From an uncultured Thermococci archaeon (lineage in GTDB: Archaea > Methanobacteriota_B > Thermococci > Methanofastidiosales > B48-G16), in contig CAZQQT010000002.1 of the NCBI GenBank assembly GCA_964595645.1, forward strand, positions 165,309 through 229,308: a DNA stretch of 64,000 nt, given 5' to 3'. The translations under genes were made by a program, and so were the position numbers. The notes beneath the pieces were generated by a model. The model made no database searches. It was not told where the DNA came from and was given only the letters and a program-made list of their open reading frames with translations. This document shows positions 10,166 to 19,776 of this stretch, piece after piece (positions within the stretch are counted from its first letter, which is position 1; each line of letters starts with the position of its first letter).

Positions 10166-11495
10166 AATAATGGATACAAACTCTATGTATTATGGATTGG
10201 AACCGAGATTACTGATGGAAAATGCAGGACACGGACTTGCCTCTGTGATTGAATCCACCTTTGGAAAAAATAACGAAATAGCTGTGTTCTGCGGCCTGGG
10301 AAACAACGGCGGAGATGGGTTTGTTGCAGCCCGATTCCTTTCTAAAGAAAATACGGTCGATCTTTTTTTAGTTGGCGATGAAAAAGAGATAAAAACGAAA
10401 ATAGCCAGAGAAAACTGGAAACTTCTGGATTTCAGCTCGTGCAGCACACATAACTTCGATTTTCAAGATATTAAGTGTGATATTGTGGTGGATGCGCTTC
10501 TCGGTGTAGGAATCATGGGTAAATTGAGAGAGCCGATACGCAGTGTCGTGGAATATATCAACGGCCTAGGGGAGAAAGGGGCCAAAATAGTGAGTGTCGA
10601 TCTTCCCACAGGTCACGGCACGTCTCTCTCTGTGAATGCAGATCTCACCGTGTCCATGCAGGAGAAGAAAACGGAGAACGCTCTCGTCGTTGATTTAGGA
10701 ATCCCAGAGAGGATAAAGCACCTCACAGGACCAGGTGATGCAAAATATCTTAAAAGAAGAAAAAAAGATTCTCATAAAGGGGATAACGGGCGCGTTCTTG
10801 TGGTGGGGGGAAGTGAACGGTACCACGGTGCACCGATCTACACAGCTGCAGCAGCGAGTACTCTTGTGGATTTAGTCTACGTCGCCAGTCCTGCTGCGAA
10901 TGTGATTAAGCACTACTCACCAGATTTCATCGTCACAGAAGATATTCTTGAGTACACGTATGACTCTTCGGTGATCGGTGTAGGCATGGGCATGAGAGAG
11001 GATGCACTGAATATCATGGAGAGCCTCGAGAGAAAGGTAATCGATGCCGACGGCCTTAAAATGCTGGCAGAGAACCTCGATCTCGCCGAGGGCTCTATTC
11101 TTACTCCCCATCGAGGAGAGTTTGCACGTCTTTTCGGTGAACTTCCTGACACGTTAGAGGCGAGAATTGAGAGGGTGAGGGAGATGGCCGCAGCCTATGA
11201 CTGCACGATACTCTTAAAAGGAAAGGTGGACATCATCGCCGATACGGATCGGTACAAACTGAACTACACGGGAAACGAGGGAATGACTACAGGGGGCACA
11301 GGTGATCTGCTGGCCGGGCTGGCAGCTGGATTCTTCAGTCAGAACGAGGCGTTCCAGTCGGCATGTGCCGCATCATTTGTCAACGGCTATGCAGGTGATC
11401 TCGTCTACGCTGATAGAGGCGTGTTCTACACTGCATCTGATGTACTGTACCGGATTCCTGAAGCACTTGTGTTCTGCAACACATTTGGCGAGTGA
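10155..11495 (+). CDS. nnr: Bifunctional NAD(P)H-hydrate epimerase/dehydratase (NnrE-NnrD)
   Basis: LMENAG, GNNGGDG, DALLGVG, HKGDNG, IDADGL, LTPHRGEF, GGTGDLLAG. Confidence 0.95.
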   Translation: MKTKIMDTNSMYYGLEPRLLMENAGHGLASVIESTFGKNNEIAVFCGLGNNGGDGFVAARFLSKENTVDLFLVGDEKEIKTKIARENWKLLDFSSCSTHNFDFQDIKCDIVVDALLGVGIMGKLREPIRSVVEYINGLGEKGAKIVSVDLPTGHGTSLSVNADLTVSMQEKKTENALVVDLGIPERIKHLTGPGDAKYLKRRKKDSHKGDNGRVLVVGGSERYHGAPIYTAAAASTLVDLVYVASPAANVIKHYSPDFIVTEDILEYTYDSSVIGVGMGMREDALNIMESLERKVIDADGLKMLAENLDLAEGSILTPHRGEFARLFGELPDTLEARIERVREMAAAYDCTILLKGKVDIIADTDRYKLNYTGNEGMTTGGTGDLLAGLAAGFFSQNEAFQSACAASFVNGYAGDLVYADRGVFYTASDVLYRIPEALVFCNTFGE

Positions 11496-11496
11496 G

Positions 11497-12072
11497 ATGT
11501 ACGAACGAAAGGATCACTACTACCGAAAGGCACGAAAAGAAGGGTATAGATCCCGCGCCGCGTACAAATTAAAAGATATTAACAGAAAATTTCATATCAT
11601 TAGTTGGGGAGACTCCGTATTAGATCTCGGCTCACGACCCGGCGGTTGGCTGCAAGTCGCGCGGGAGATCGTTGGGAAGGAGGGGTATGTGATGGGTATT
11701 GATAGAAGGAGGATTCCATCGCTGGACTATGAGAATGTGGACACGGTACAACAGGATATCGAGGAGTTCTGCACGGATCGGCGATTTAATGTTGTGCTTT
11801 CCGATATGGCACCGAAAACAATAGGAAAGAAGGATGTGGATCAGTACCGATCCTACCAGCTGGCCCAAAAGGCAGCTGAGACAGCAGAAAAAACATTGAA
11901 GGAAAACGGCAACTTTGTGACGAAGATCTTCCAGAGTGAACATGTGAAAGGATTTTCAATGGATCTTCGAAAAAAATTTGATCATGTGAAACCTTATACC
12001 CCCAAGGCAACGAGAAAGCGGAGTTATGAGACGTATATAGTGTGCAAAGGCTTTAAAACTCCCTTCCAATAA
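11497..12072 (+). CDS. rlmE: 23S rRNA 2'-O-methyltransferase RlmE/FtsJ
   Basis: YRSRAAYKL, DLGSRPGGW, SDMAP, ETYIVC; likely start is ATG 11497. Confidence 0.93.
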   Translation: MYERKDHYYRKARKEGYRSRAAYKLKDINRKFHIISWGDSVLDLGSRPGGWLQVAREIVGKEGYVMGIDRRRIPSLDYENVDTVQQDIEEFCTDRRFNVVLSDMAPKTIGKKDVDQYRSYQLAQKAAETAEKTLKENGNFVTKIFQSEHVKGFSMDLRKKFDHVKPYTPKATRKRSYETYIVCKGFKTPFQ

Positions 12073-13162
12073 CGAAATCTGCGAGTTTCTCAAAGAAAGC
12101 TCTGCTTTCCTCATTTAGTTCATCATTAATACTTTCTTTCGCTCTTTCTACCAGTTCTTTTTCCCTCTTTTTACAGTAATCATACGCTCCACTCGCTTTG
12201 ATAATCTCTCTTAATTCGTTGATTTCATTTCTCGTGGCAGATCTGTTTCCAAATACTTTTTCAAACTTCTCTTTTTCTCTATTTTCTATATATTCTCGCG
12301 TTTTTATCGCGAGGAGTGTATTTTTTCCAGATTTTATGTCCGAATCACTCGGTTTCCCTGTGTCTTTGCTCTTTCCAAAGGTTCCAAGCATGTCATCGTG
12401 TATCTGGAAGGCACGCGCCATATTGAGTGAGTACTCATCCATGGATGTATAGTTCTCAGTGTCACCAAAAATCAATCCTATCCGTATTGGGTACACAAAG
12501 AGAATTCCCGTTTTTTTGTCTATCATCTCTAGATATCGTTCCTCACTCACTGTTCTTTTTTCCATCAAGATATCTAGGAGCTGTCCCTCGTTGAGTTTAA
12601 GATACATTTCTCTGTGCTGTTGCAATGCCTTCATTCTCAACTCACTCGGAAAATACGAGTTTAACACCTCCTCACTGAGTTCATATAGAACATTGGAGGC
12701 GAGCACTGATAGTGCATAGGAGAATCTGGAGATGTTTCGTTGCATTTCTATAACTTCTAGAATAGAATCTTTTTTTATCCATTTTTTTCCATCTTTGTAT
12801 TCTTTAAACTTGAATCCTGCTGATTTTACAAATTTATCTGCATAAATTGAGTTAAATGTCTTTTTTCCGCGTCTCACAACATCTTCATCCATTGCATCGT
12901 CAAGGATGAGAGATGCATTGTGCACGAGTTCGCAGGATACGGAAGCTTCAATAATATCTTCATTAAACTCATTTTTCATTCCGTAAAAGGCAAATACCAT
13001 GCTTAAAGGTCTTAATTTTTTTCCCGCTCCCGTCACTTTCTTGATATCACCGTAAAATTCTTTCAGGATGAGATTTTCGTATTTTTCAATTCTTCTGTCC
13101 AGAATATCTTCCAGGTAACTACCTATTTTGTCTATAAGGTCTGAATGTTTATCTAAAAACAT
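12053..13162 (-). CDS. trans-Polyprenyl diphosphate synthase
   Basis: GKKLRP, FARM DDAMDED..RRG, GQLLD, KTG, SARM FQIHDD, GK...SDI..GK. Confidence 0.92.
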   Translation of the reverse strand: MFLDKHSDLIDKIGSYLEDILDRRIEKYENLILKEFYGDIKKVTGAGKKLRPLSMVFAFYGMKNEFNEDIIEASVSCELVHNASLILDDAMDEDVVRRGKKTFNSIYADKFVKSAGFKFKEYKDGKKWIKKDSILEVIEMQRNISRFSYALSVLASNVLYELSEEVLNSYFPSELRMKALQQHREMYLKLNEGQLLDILMEKRTVSEERYLEMIDKKTGILFVYPIRIGLIFGDTENYTSMDEYSLNMARAFQIHDDMLGTFGKSKDTGKPSDSDIKSGKNTLLAIKTREYIENREKEKFEKVFGNRSATRNEINELREIIKASGAYDYCKKREKELVERAKESINDELNEESRAFFEKLADFVIGREF

Positions 13163-13170
13163 AAAAACAC

Positions 13171-13917
13171 CTAATATATAAATATCTCAGATTTTAATGT
13201 TTTTATTAGATTTACAGCAGAGAGTGCCGCAAGCATTGAGGTTCTTTTGTTTTCGGAGGGAAGGTTATTGAATAAAAGGTTCATTTTTCCAAACTCCCCC
13301 TCAGCGTAGATCTCATGAATATTCGTATCTACAGATGGATCGGCGATGATGCGGACCTCCGCTTCTCTTTCGGCGGCAAGACTCACAGCAGCAGAGACAT
13401 TTACATTTTTTGGATACTCTTTTACAGCATCTGAGGCAGTACCTTCAAACAATACTTTTTCTTTCATCACCTTCACTCCCAATGACTCCGGATTTTTGCG
13501 GGTAGTGAGCACCACCTTCTTCACCTCGACTAAGGATGCCGCTCTGAGTGCATCTAATCCTCCTACTGCACCATGAGGGATATAAATTCTACAGTTGTTG
13601 GTGGATGCGACTTTTTTTACTTCATCGAGGAATGCAGAGTCTGTAAGAGCACCAACGCTCATTACCATGACGTCCATTCCGTTTTTCAGGATCTTTGGAA
13701 CTAACTCTCTCACCGCATCTCCTGAGGCGGACTCAACAACCAGATCGAGATCCATCTCCACGAGCTCCTCAAAGGAACAGGCAATATCTTCACCAATAAT
13801 ATCACTTGTTACTTTCATTCTCTCAGGGTTCCTATCGTAACACGCTTTTACCTCGTTTTTAAAATGCGTAGTGATGAGAGTCCCGATATATCCGCATCCT
13901 ATTATACCAATCCGCAT
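13171..13917 (-). CDS. nadX: L-aspartate dehydrogenase
   Basis: GIIGCGYIG, VESAS, SVGAL, GAVGGLD, YPKNVNVSAA, N.HEI, TSMLAALS. Confidence 0.93.
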   Translation of the reverse strand: MRIGIIGCGYIGTLITTHFKNEVKACYDRNPERMKVTSDIIGEDIACSFEELVEMDLDLVVESASGDAVRELVPKILKNGMDVMVMSVGALTDSAFLDEVKKVASTNNCRIYIPHGAVGGLDALRAASLVEVKKVVLTTRKNPESLGVKVMKEKVLFEGTASDAVKEYPKNVNVSAAVSLAAEREAEVRIIADPSVDTNIHEIYAEGEFGKMNLLFNNLPSENKRTSMLAALSAVNLIKTLKSEIFIY

Positions 13918-14016
13918 TACACGTACTGACTCGAGCCGATATTTAAAGCTTACGTAAAAAGAACGGACTGGAAAAAGAGTGAAAAGATTTATATTATTTC
14001 GCTGTGAGTTTCTACC

Positions 14017-14349
14017 ATGATGCCCAATATGAACTCAAAGCAGATGAAAAAACTGATGAAAAAAGCTGGGATTAAAATGAAGGAGCTCCCGGTGAAAAAG
14101 ATCACTTTTGAGTTTGACGAGAAAGAGTGGGAGTTCACCGATGTACAGGTCACGCAGATGACGATGGGAGGCCAGAAGACATTTCAAGTTACAGGGGACT
14201 ACATGGAGAAGAAAAAAGGCTTCCCAGAAGAAGACGTGAAAATGGTGGCAGAGAAGGCAGGAGTAAGTATGGAAAACGCAGAAAACGCCTTGAGAGACAC
14301 GGACGGAGACATTGCAGAGGCTATAATGAATCTCAGTAAGAACGAATGA
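14017..14349 (+). CDS. nac: Nascent polypeptide-associated complex protein
   Basis: KQMKKLMKKAGI N-terminus; C-terminal UBA (EEDVKMVAEKAGVS...GDIAEAI). Confidence 0.93.
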   Translation: MMPNMNSKQMKKLMKKAGIKMKELPVKKITFEFDEKEWEFTDVQVTQMTMGGQKTFQVTGDYMEKKKGFPEEDVKMVAEKAGVSMENAENALRDTDGDIAEAIMNLSKNE

Positions 14350-14358
14350 AGATTAAGA

Positions 14359-15219
14359 ATGAAGAAATACCTTTTTCTCTATATAATTTTATTTTTATTC
14401 CTTTTTTACACAAATGGATTTTATACGTATTTTTATTACGAAAATGAACCTGTAAAGGAAGATTTTGGACTTTTCCAGGTCGAGAAGTACCCTAATGGGC
14501 ATGAGTCTGTATTTCTCGTCACCGTCGACGATATTTCGTATTATACCGATCCGGATGAGCTCCGTGAGTTTCTGGAACGCATGGAGAAGAAGCGCGTGCA
14601 TCCAACACTTTTTGCGATTCCTTTCCATACTGGGAGAAAAATCACGGAGAATACTGAGCTTGTGCAGGTTTTACAGGAGTACGATGTAGAAGTAGCTCAA
14701 CATGGATATCGACATGTGGAGAAGGAGTTTAAACTACAATCTTACGAAGAGCAGAAACGTATGATACAAAAGGGGAGGATAATACTTGCAGAGGGATTTA
14801 CCATATCTGGATTTAGAGCTCCGGGATTTTACCATACCTTCACGACATCCGAAGTATTGAGTGATCTTGGATATCTCTATGAGAGCGAGATGAGTGTGAT
14901 TGATAGGTTCTACATCCGTAATCTCCTTCAGCTACCGCATACGCCTGGAGGACGTGTCTATATGACGCATTCTCTGAATCCATCAATTGACATCCTGGAA
15001 AATGCATGGTCTCCCACCATGAAAACATTTGCAGAATGGTGGCTGTTCAGGCACGATCTCAAGGCAGATTATTATACTGAAGGAGACAACCTTTACATCA
15101 ACTTAAGTGAATTTAGGGAGGGGCTTACAATTATACTTAAAGAGGATTACAACGTGCATATACACTGTGATGGAGAAGAACTCGAGTACCATAGGAAAGG
15201 GAAAACTATCACTCTTTAA
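14359..15219 (+). CDS. Membrane-anchored polysaccharide deacetylase (NodB/DUF2334-like)
   Basis: N-terminal TM, TVDD, QHGYRH, GFRAPGF. Confidence 0.8.
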   Translation: MKKYLFLYIILFLFLFYTNGFYTYFYYENEPVKEDFGLFQVEKYPNGHESVFLVTVDDISYYTDPDELREFLERMEKKRVHPTLFAIPFHTGRKITENTELVQVLQEYDVEVAQHGYRHVEKEFKLQSYEEQKRMIQKGRIILAEGFTISGFRAPGFYHTFTTSEVLSDLGYLYESEMSVIDRFYIRNLLQLPHTPGGRVYMTHSLNPSIDILENAWSPTMKTFAEWWLFRHDLKADYYTEGDNLYINLSEFREGLTIILKEDYNVHIHCDGEELEYHRKGKTITL

Positions 15220-15221
15220 TT

Positions 15222-16439
15222 TCAGTCATAGATCTTTTTCACAGCTACTTTCGTGATACGGCATGGAGAATCCTTCAGATCCTTTCCAAATCCTTCTCTC
15301 TTCTCTATTAATGTCTCCACACATGCTCTTGCCGTGGTGAACTCCCGTGCTATTTCCGTGCAGAGTCTATCATCTCTCACAAAAACATCTCTATGTGTCT
15401 CAATGAATTTTTTACAGTTCTCTCTATCGTAAATGAAGGGACCCTCGTGCATTTTCGTTTTGGGGAGTGTACTCACCTCGAGCTCGAGGAGTATTCCCGT
15501 GTTGAATACACCCGTTCGGTAGATCCGAAATCCATGGTCCTCCAACTGCTGACAGAGAAAATCTCGAGTTTTTCGTAATTGAGGGAAGAGGAGCTCTTCC
15601 ATAATCTCCGTCTCGAACTGTAACACGAGGAGTTCCGTTCCGGGAGCGCGCGTGTATTCCCGTTGAACAGATTCAAATTTTCTGTCGTTAAGGAATTTTC
15701 GCGCATAGTAAATGAATTCTGCGAATTTCTGGAGGCTTACACAGGAGGCTGCATTTCTGTTGGTGTCTACGGGGTCGATGATGGTAAGTGGATCTGAAAA
15801 CTCTCTTTCCGTGCCATTAAACGATATTGTTTGATTTTTTTTCCAGCGAGCTGCCACCTTCAACACATCCTCAAAGCTTCCGTAGTAAATAATAAGCAGT
15901 TCACAGAGATATCCAGAGAATCCACGAATTTTAAACTCGGATCCATAGACATCAACGAGTTTCATGTATTTTTTTAAAATTCTCGTTTCATTCTTTTGTC
16001 GATCCGTCATATTGTGGAGTACGAACTGTGTGTGAAGTGGTGTTCTATCAACACTGCTCTTCATCTCTTCTATTGTCTGTATATTGTAGCAGGGGACGAT
16101 ATCCACATCGTGCTTTTCGATTTCTCCGTGCACGTATGGGTGTTCAGCGTATTTTACTTTATAACTTCCGTCGAACTCCTCAAACACATCTTTTCCAATT
16201 TGCAATGCACGTTTTTTAAGCTCCTCTCTTGAGGTCTCAAGAGGAAAGAAGATGAAGATGTCTAGGTCCTTATCTCCTTTTAAACTTGTGTCTTTGGCAA
16301 AGGATCCCTGCACCGTTGCTTCCCTGCGGTATTTCTTTTTAATGTATTTCTTTATTCGTCGACAAAGATCAAACCCCCTTTCGATCTCCTCTTGCGACGG
16401 CGTTATTTTTTTCAATATCTCTTCTCTATCGTATTTCAT
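15222..16439 (-). CDS. cca: CCA-adding enzyme (class I)
   Basis: GSFAKDT.L.GD.DLDIF, YAEHPYV, VDRTPLH, GFSGYLCELL. Confidence 0.96.
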   Translation of the reverse strand: MKYDREEILKKITPSQEEIERGFDLCRRIKKYIKKKYRREATVQGSFAKDTSLKGDKDLDIFIFFPLETSREELKKRALQIGKDVFEEFDGSYKVKYAEHPYVHGEIEKHDVDIVPCYNIQTIEEMKSSVDRTPLHTQFVLHNMTDRQKNETRILKKYMKLVDVYGSEFKIRGFSGYLCELLIIYYGSFEDVLKVAARWKKNQTISFNGTEREFSDPLTIIDPVDTNRNAASCVSLQKFAEFIYYARKFLNDRKFESVQREYTRAPGTELLVLQFETEIMEELLFPQLRKTRDFLCQQLEDHGFRIYRTGVFNTGILLELEVSTLPKTKMHEGPFIYDRENCKKFIETHRDVFVRDDRLCTEIAREFTTARACVETLIEKREGFGKDLKDSPCRITKVAVKKIYD

Positions 16440-16987
16440 AACCTTACTTCCTTGAGATCAGAGTAAATAGGACCCTGAGGAGTTAAATCACTTTTTTTTA
16501 TTGTCACGATCTCCACAGGCATTGTTCCCACTTCCACATTTTTTAGCTCTTTCAGAATTTCTATGAACTTTTCCTTGTTTTTGGCTCCCTTTACTCGTGC
16601 AATGGTGAGATGAGGTACATAATCCTTTTCTTTTTTAAACCCGAGGGATTGGAGATCTCTGTTCAGGATGTTTGCAATCTCCGTCATCAGTTCGTTTCCC
16701 TCTCGCACACCGATCCACACCACCTTTATGTACGAGAAACTTGGGAACGCACCCAGCCCTCGCAGGGTGATCTCAAAGGGATCATAGTTTTTGAGATTTG
16801 TTTTCACTCGTTCATGTATCTCATCCAGCCGGTGTTCTTCTATCTCTCCAAGAAATTTCAGGGTGAAGTGGAGATTCTCCGGTTCTACAAATTTTATTTG
16901 CATATGTTTTGTTCCTATTCGGTTCTGTATGTCTACCACTTTGCTCTTCAGTCTTTCAGCAAGATCCACAGCGATAAAGGTTCTCAT
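16436..16987 (-). CDS. thpR: RNA 2',3'-cyclic phosphodiesterase (2H family)
   Basis: MRTFIA start; two HxT motifs (HFTLKFLG, PHLTIAR). Confidence 0.94.
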   Translation of the reverse strand: MRTFIAVDLAERLKSKVVDIQNRIGTKHMQIKFVEPENLHFTLKFLGEIEEHRLDEIHERVKTNLKNYDPFEITLRGLGAFPSFSYIKVVWIGVREGNELMTEIANILNRDLQSLGFKKEKDYVPHLTIARVKGAKNKEKFIEILKELKNVEVGTMPVEIVTIKKSDLTPQGPIYSDLKEVRL

Positions 16988-17457
16988 TTTTTACTCACCT
17001 GCATTTTTTCCCATGGAAATACTATCCATTTGTCTGTACACATGATGTAGTAATCGGGATCAAAGATACTGCTCGGTTTTTTTGCGATGACCGCTACACG
17101 CACTTCTTCCGGATTTTTTTCCTCAAGATGTTTTTTTACTTCCACAAGTGTTTCTCCTGTATCTGCCACGTCGTCGATCACCAGTACCCGTTTGCCTGTG
17201 ATATCAGCGGTGAGAGGAATGGTCACCGTAGGTTTTTCATTTGTTTCGCCTACGTCTTTATAGAACTTCAGTCCCATTACTCGTAACGGGAGCTCGCCGA
17301 TATGTGAGAATCGCACTGCTGGTGGCAGTCCTCCTCGGGAGACCCCAATAAGGACGTCAGGGTCATACTCTTTCAAAATTGTGTCGGCCAGTGTCCAGAC
17401 GGCTTCATCTATCGTATACCAATCGAGATATTCTTTTTCCATAGTGTATCTCTCCAT
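16984..17457 (-). CDS. Type I phosphoribosyltransferase (purine salvage, Hpt/Gpt-like)
   Basis: SRGG, VLVIDDVADTGET, WIVFPWE; TGATG overlap with the upstream gene. Confidence 0.9.
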   Translation of the reverse strand: MERYTMEKEYLDWYTIDEAVWTLADTILKEYDPDVLIGVSRGGLPPAVRFSHIGELPLRVMGLKFYKDVGETNEKPTVTIPLTADITGKRVLVIDDVADTGETLVEVKKHLEEKNPEEVRVAVIAKKPSSIFDPDYYIMCTDKWIVFPWEKMQVSKK

Positions 17458-17792
17458 CAACAGGTGAGGTGCAATCCAGCACCCACTTTCTTTTTATCTC
17501 TCAGCGTGTTATAGAGCTCACAGGCTTTCTCTGTCTGCTTTGCGTTGAGCTCTATCCCTTGTGATTCCAGATGATCCTTTACCTTTGTCGGGACTTTGAG
17601 CACACCTAAGGATCCTGTGCCAATGATCAGAATCTCAGGGTCCTTGTTGAGGATCCACTCCAGATCCTGTACCTGCAAGGTGTGTCCCTTCTCTCTCCAC
17701 CACTCTCGTATCTCGTCCTCGAAGATGAGCACATCGTTTGTGTAGGTTTTCCCGTTGATGGAGATTTTTCCGAACCTGTAATTCTCTATCAT
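17457..17792 (-). CDS. Mth938-like (DUF498) protein
   Basis: MIENYRFGKISING, PEILIIGTG, A..LYN, GLHLTC. Confidence 0.88.
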   Translation of the reverse strand: MIENYRFGKISINGKTYTNDVLIFEDEIREWWREKGHTLQVQDLEWILNKDPEILIIGTGSLGVLKVPTKVKDHLESQGIELNAKQTEKACELYNTLRDKKKVGAGLHLTC

Positions 17793-17866
17793 ATGTATAC
17801 TGTACGATGTGGCGCTTTTTATTTTTTCCGTAAACAATTTAAACATGAACTCCTCACTCTCCTCAG

Positions 17867-18547
17867 ATGATACAGGGAATTCTTTTTGATGCAGGGGGCA
17901 CACTTATTCGAATGGAGCCTGAGGTCAGCACCACCATATATGTCCGCATTCAGGAACACGGTGTAACAGAAGAAGAGGTTTCTAAGGCGTACAAAAAAGC
18001 GGCTAAGGAGTTTTACCAGACGTATTATTCTCAAAATATTGATACAAGTAGGTTTTGGGCAGCGTTTATTCAATCAGTTCTCGATGATCTCGGCATCGAA
18101 GAGGAACTCGGAGAGGAGATCTACAACACAATAAAGGAAAAAACGGAGTTTGTGGCATACCCAGAAACGTCTGACGTACTAAAAAATCTTTCTAGCGATT
18201 ATACACTTGGAATCGTCTCTAATTGGGATTTGGAAGTACAAATTGGTGATGTCCTCGAAGAATTAGATCTTAGAAAGTATTTTTCTACCATTGTTGTCTC
18301 AAACGAGTTAAAAGTTCTTAAACCGAATCCACAGATCTTCCTGAAAGCCCTGGAAAACATCCAGCTGGCCCCATCCCAGTGTTTTTATGTGGGTGATGAT
18401 CCCTATGAAGATTTTTATGGAGCAAAAAATGTAGGGCTCATTCCATTGCTCCTCGATCGGGAAGGAGAGTATGATGCACTTGACAGTCCAAAAATCAGCG
18501 ATTTAAAAGAGATACACGCGTATCTTGAGAGAGATAGATTTTTATAG
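17867..18547 (+). CDS. HAD superfamily hydrolase
   Basis: FDAGGT, VSN, KPNPQIF, VGDD...D..GA. Confidence 0.9.
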   Translation: MIQGILFDAGGTLIRMEPEVSTTIYVRIQEHGVTEEEVSKAYKKAAKEFYQTYYSQNIDTSRFWAAFIQSVLDDLGIEEELGEEIYNTIKEKTEFVAYPETSDVLKNLSSDYTLGIVSNWDLEVQIGDVLEELDLRKYFSTIVVSNELKVLKPNPQIFLKALENIQLAPSQCFYVGDDPYEDFYGAKNVGLIPLLLDREGEYDALDSPKISDLKEIHAYLERDRFL

Positions 18548-18578
18548 CGACGCGCAGATAGAGTGTAGGTGAATAGTT

Positions 18579-18893
18579 ATGATAGTAGTAAATACGGATT
18601 TTGTTCCAGGAAGAGAGATAGACAAAGAGTTGGGACTGGTCAGAGCAAACACCATACGTGCGAAACATGTAGGCAAAGACATTATGGCCGGATTGAGGAA
18701 TATTGTAGGTGGAGAGCTGAGAGAGTATACAGAAATGCTCTCAGAAGCACGAGAAGAAGCACTGCAGCGCATGGAAAAGGAGGCTGAAAAGATTGGAGCC
18801 GATGCAGTGATTAATGTCCGGTTCATGACAAGTAGTGTGACGGGTGGAGCATCAGAGATCCTCGTTTACGGTACGGCCGTGAGGTTAAAGTAA
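18579..18893 (+). CDS. YbjQ/UPF0145 family protein
   Basis: GLRNIVGGE..EYT, GADAVINVRF, YGTAV. Confidence 0.93.
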   Translation: MIVVNTDFVPGREIDKELGLVRANTIRAKHVGKDIMAGLRNIVGGELREYTEMLSEAREEALQRMEKEAEKIGADAVINVRFMTSSVTGGASEILVYGTAVRLK

Positions 18894-19106
18894 ATGGACC
18901 TTCTTAAAACAGCGGGATTTCTCTTTCTTGGCATAGGATTAGGTATTCCTGCTATCTACGGCCTCTATAAATTTATTGAGTTCATTCTCGGCGATGTTGC
19001 TTTGTTGGTAAAGATTCCTACACTGTTAATACTGATAGGTTTCCTATTCCTTGTAGTTTCTGCGGTATGGGATAGGCTAAAAGAAGAAAAAATAGAAGGG
19101 GTATAA
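18894..19106 (+). CDS. Small two-TM hypothetical protein following ybjQ
   Basis: Starts immediately after the ybjQ stop; two hydrophobic helices. Confidence 0.7.
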   Translation: MDLLKTAGFLFLGIGLGIPAIYGLYKFIEFILGDVALLVKIPTLLILIGFLFLVVSAVWDRLKEEKIEGV

Positions 19107-19108
19107 TC

Positions 19109-19243
19109 TTACTTACAGGGCTCGACTTTCTTCATTGGCTTGCCGCAACAGACTAAGTGACACGTACTGCAGCTGCATCCTTCATCCACAACGACCACGA
19201 TACCGCACTCCTCACATTTGTATTTTTTCCCTTCTTCGGTCAT
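19109..19243 (-). CDS. Desulforedoxin-like small Cys-rich metalloprotein (44 aa; absent from the ORF track)
   Basis: Hand translation MTEEGKKYKCEECGIVVVVDEGCSCSTCHLVCCGKPMKKVEPCK; YKC..CG and L.CCG.PM pattern. Confidence 0.8.
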   Translation of the reverse strand: MTEEGKKYKCEECGIVVVVDEGCSCSTCHLVCCGKPMKKVEPCK

Positions 19244-19339
19244 TTTCTCACTAACAAATTCTAAGACAACAAATATTTAAACCTCATGATCAGTATCATA
19301 CTTGACAGATTACTTTGTGTTTAATTCAGAGAGAAGACA

Positions 19340-19753
19340 ATGAAACAAAAAATACAAAAATCGGAGGAAGAGTGGAAAAAAACACTTACCCCAATACAGT
19401 TTAAAATTCTTCGTAAAAAAGGGACGGAATCTCCTTTCACTGGGAAGCACCTGTATAATACGAAAAATGGTGTGTATTGTTGTGCAGGTTGTGGACAAAA
19501 ATTATTTTCTTCAGATACAAAGTATAACTCAGGAAGCGGCTGGCCGAGTTTCTGGGCACCTCTCTCTGGAGATCGGATCAAGATCGAGAAGGATACCAGG
19601 CAGGACATGCAGCGTACCGAGGTATTGTGCAGTAAGTGCGGTGGGCATCTTGGCCATGTATTTAATGACGGCCCACAGCCCACAGGGAAACGATATTGTA
19701 CCAACTCTGCTGTCTTAGATTTTCATGAGGAACAAGAACCCAAAGATGTATAA
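19340..19753 (+). CDS. msrB: Peptide-methionine (R)-S-oxide reductase, Zn-binding
   Basis: [34 protein letters not shown]. Confidence 0.96.
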   Translation: MKQKIQKSEEEWKKTLTPIQFKILRKKGTESPFTGKHLYNTKNGVYCCAGCGQKLFSSDTKYNSGSGWPSFWAPLSGDRIKIEKDTRQDMQRTEVLCSKCGGHLGHVFNDGPQPTGKRYCTNSAVLDFHEEQEPKDV

Positions 19754-19776
19754 ATAATGAGAGAGCATCGTGCTGT

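Noticed and set aside
15222-17792. cca-thpR-PRTase-Mth938 cluster as a novel RNA repair system
   Set aside because: cca-thpR linkage is a familiar archaeal arrangement, and kptA is unlinked about 15 kb away.
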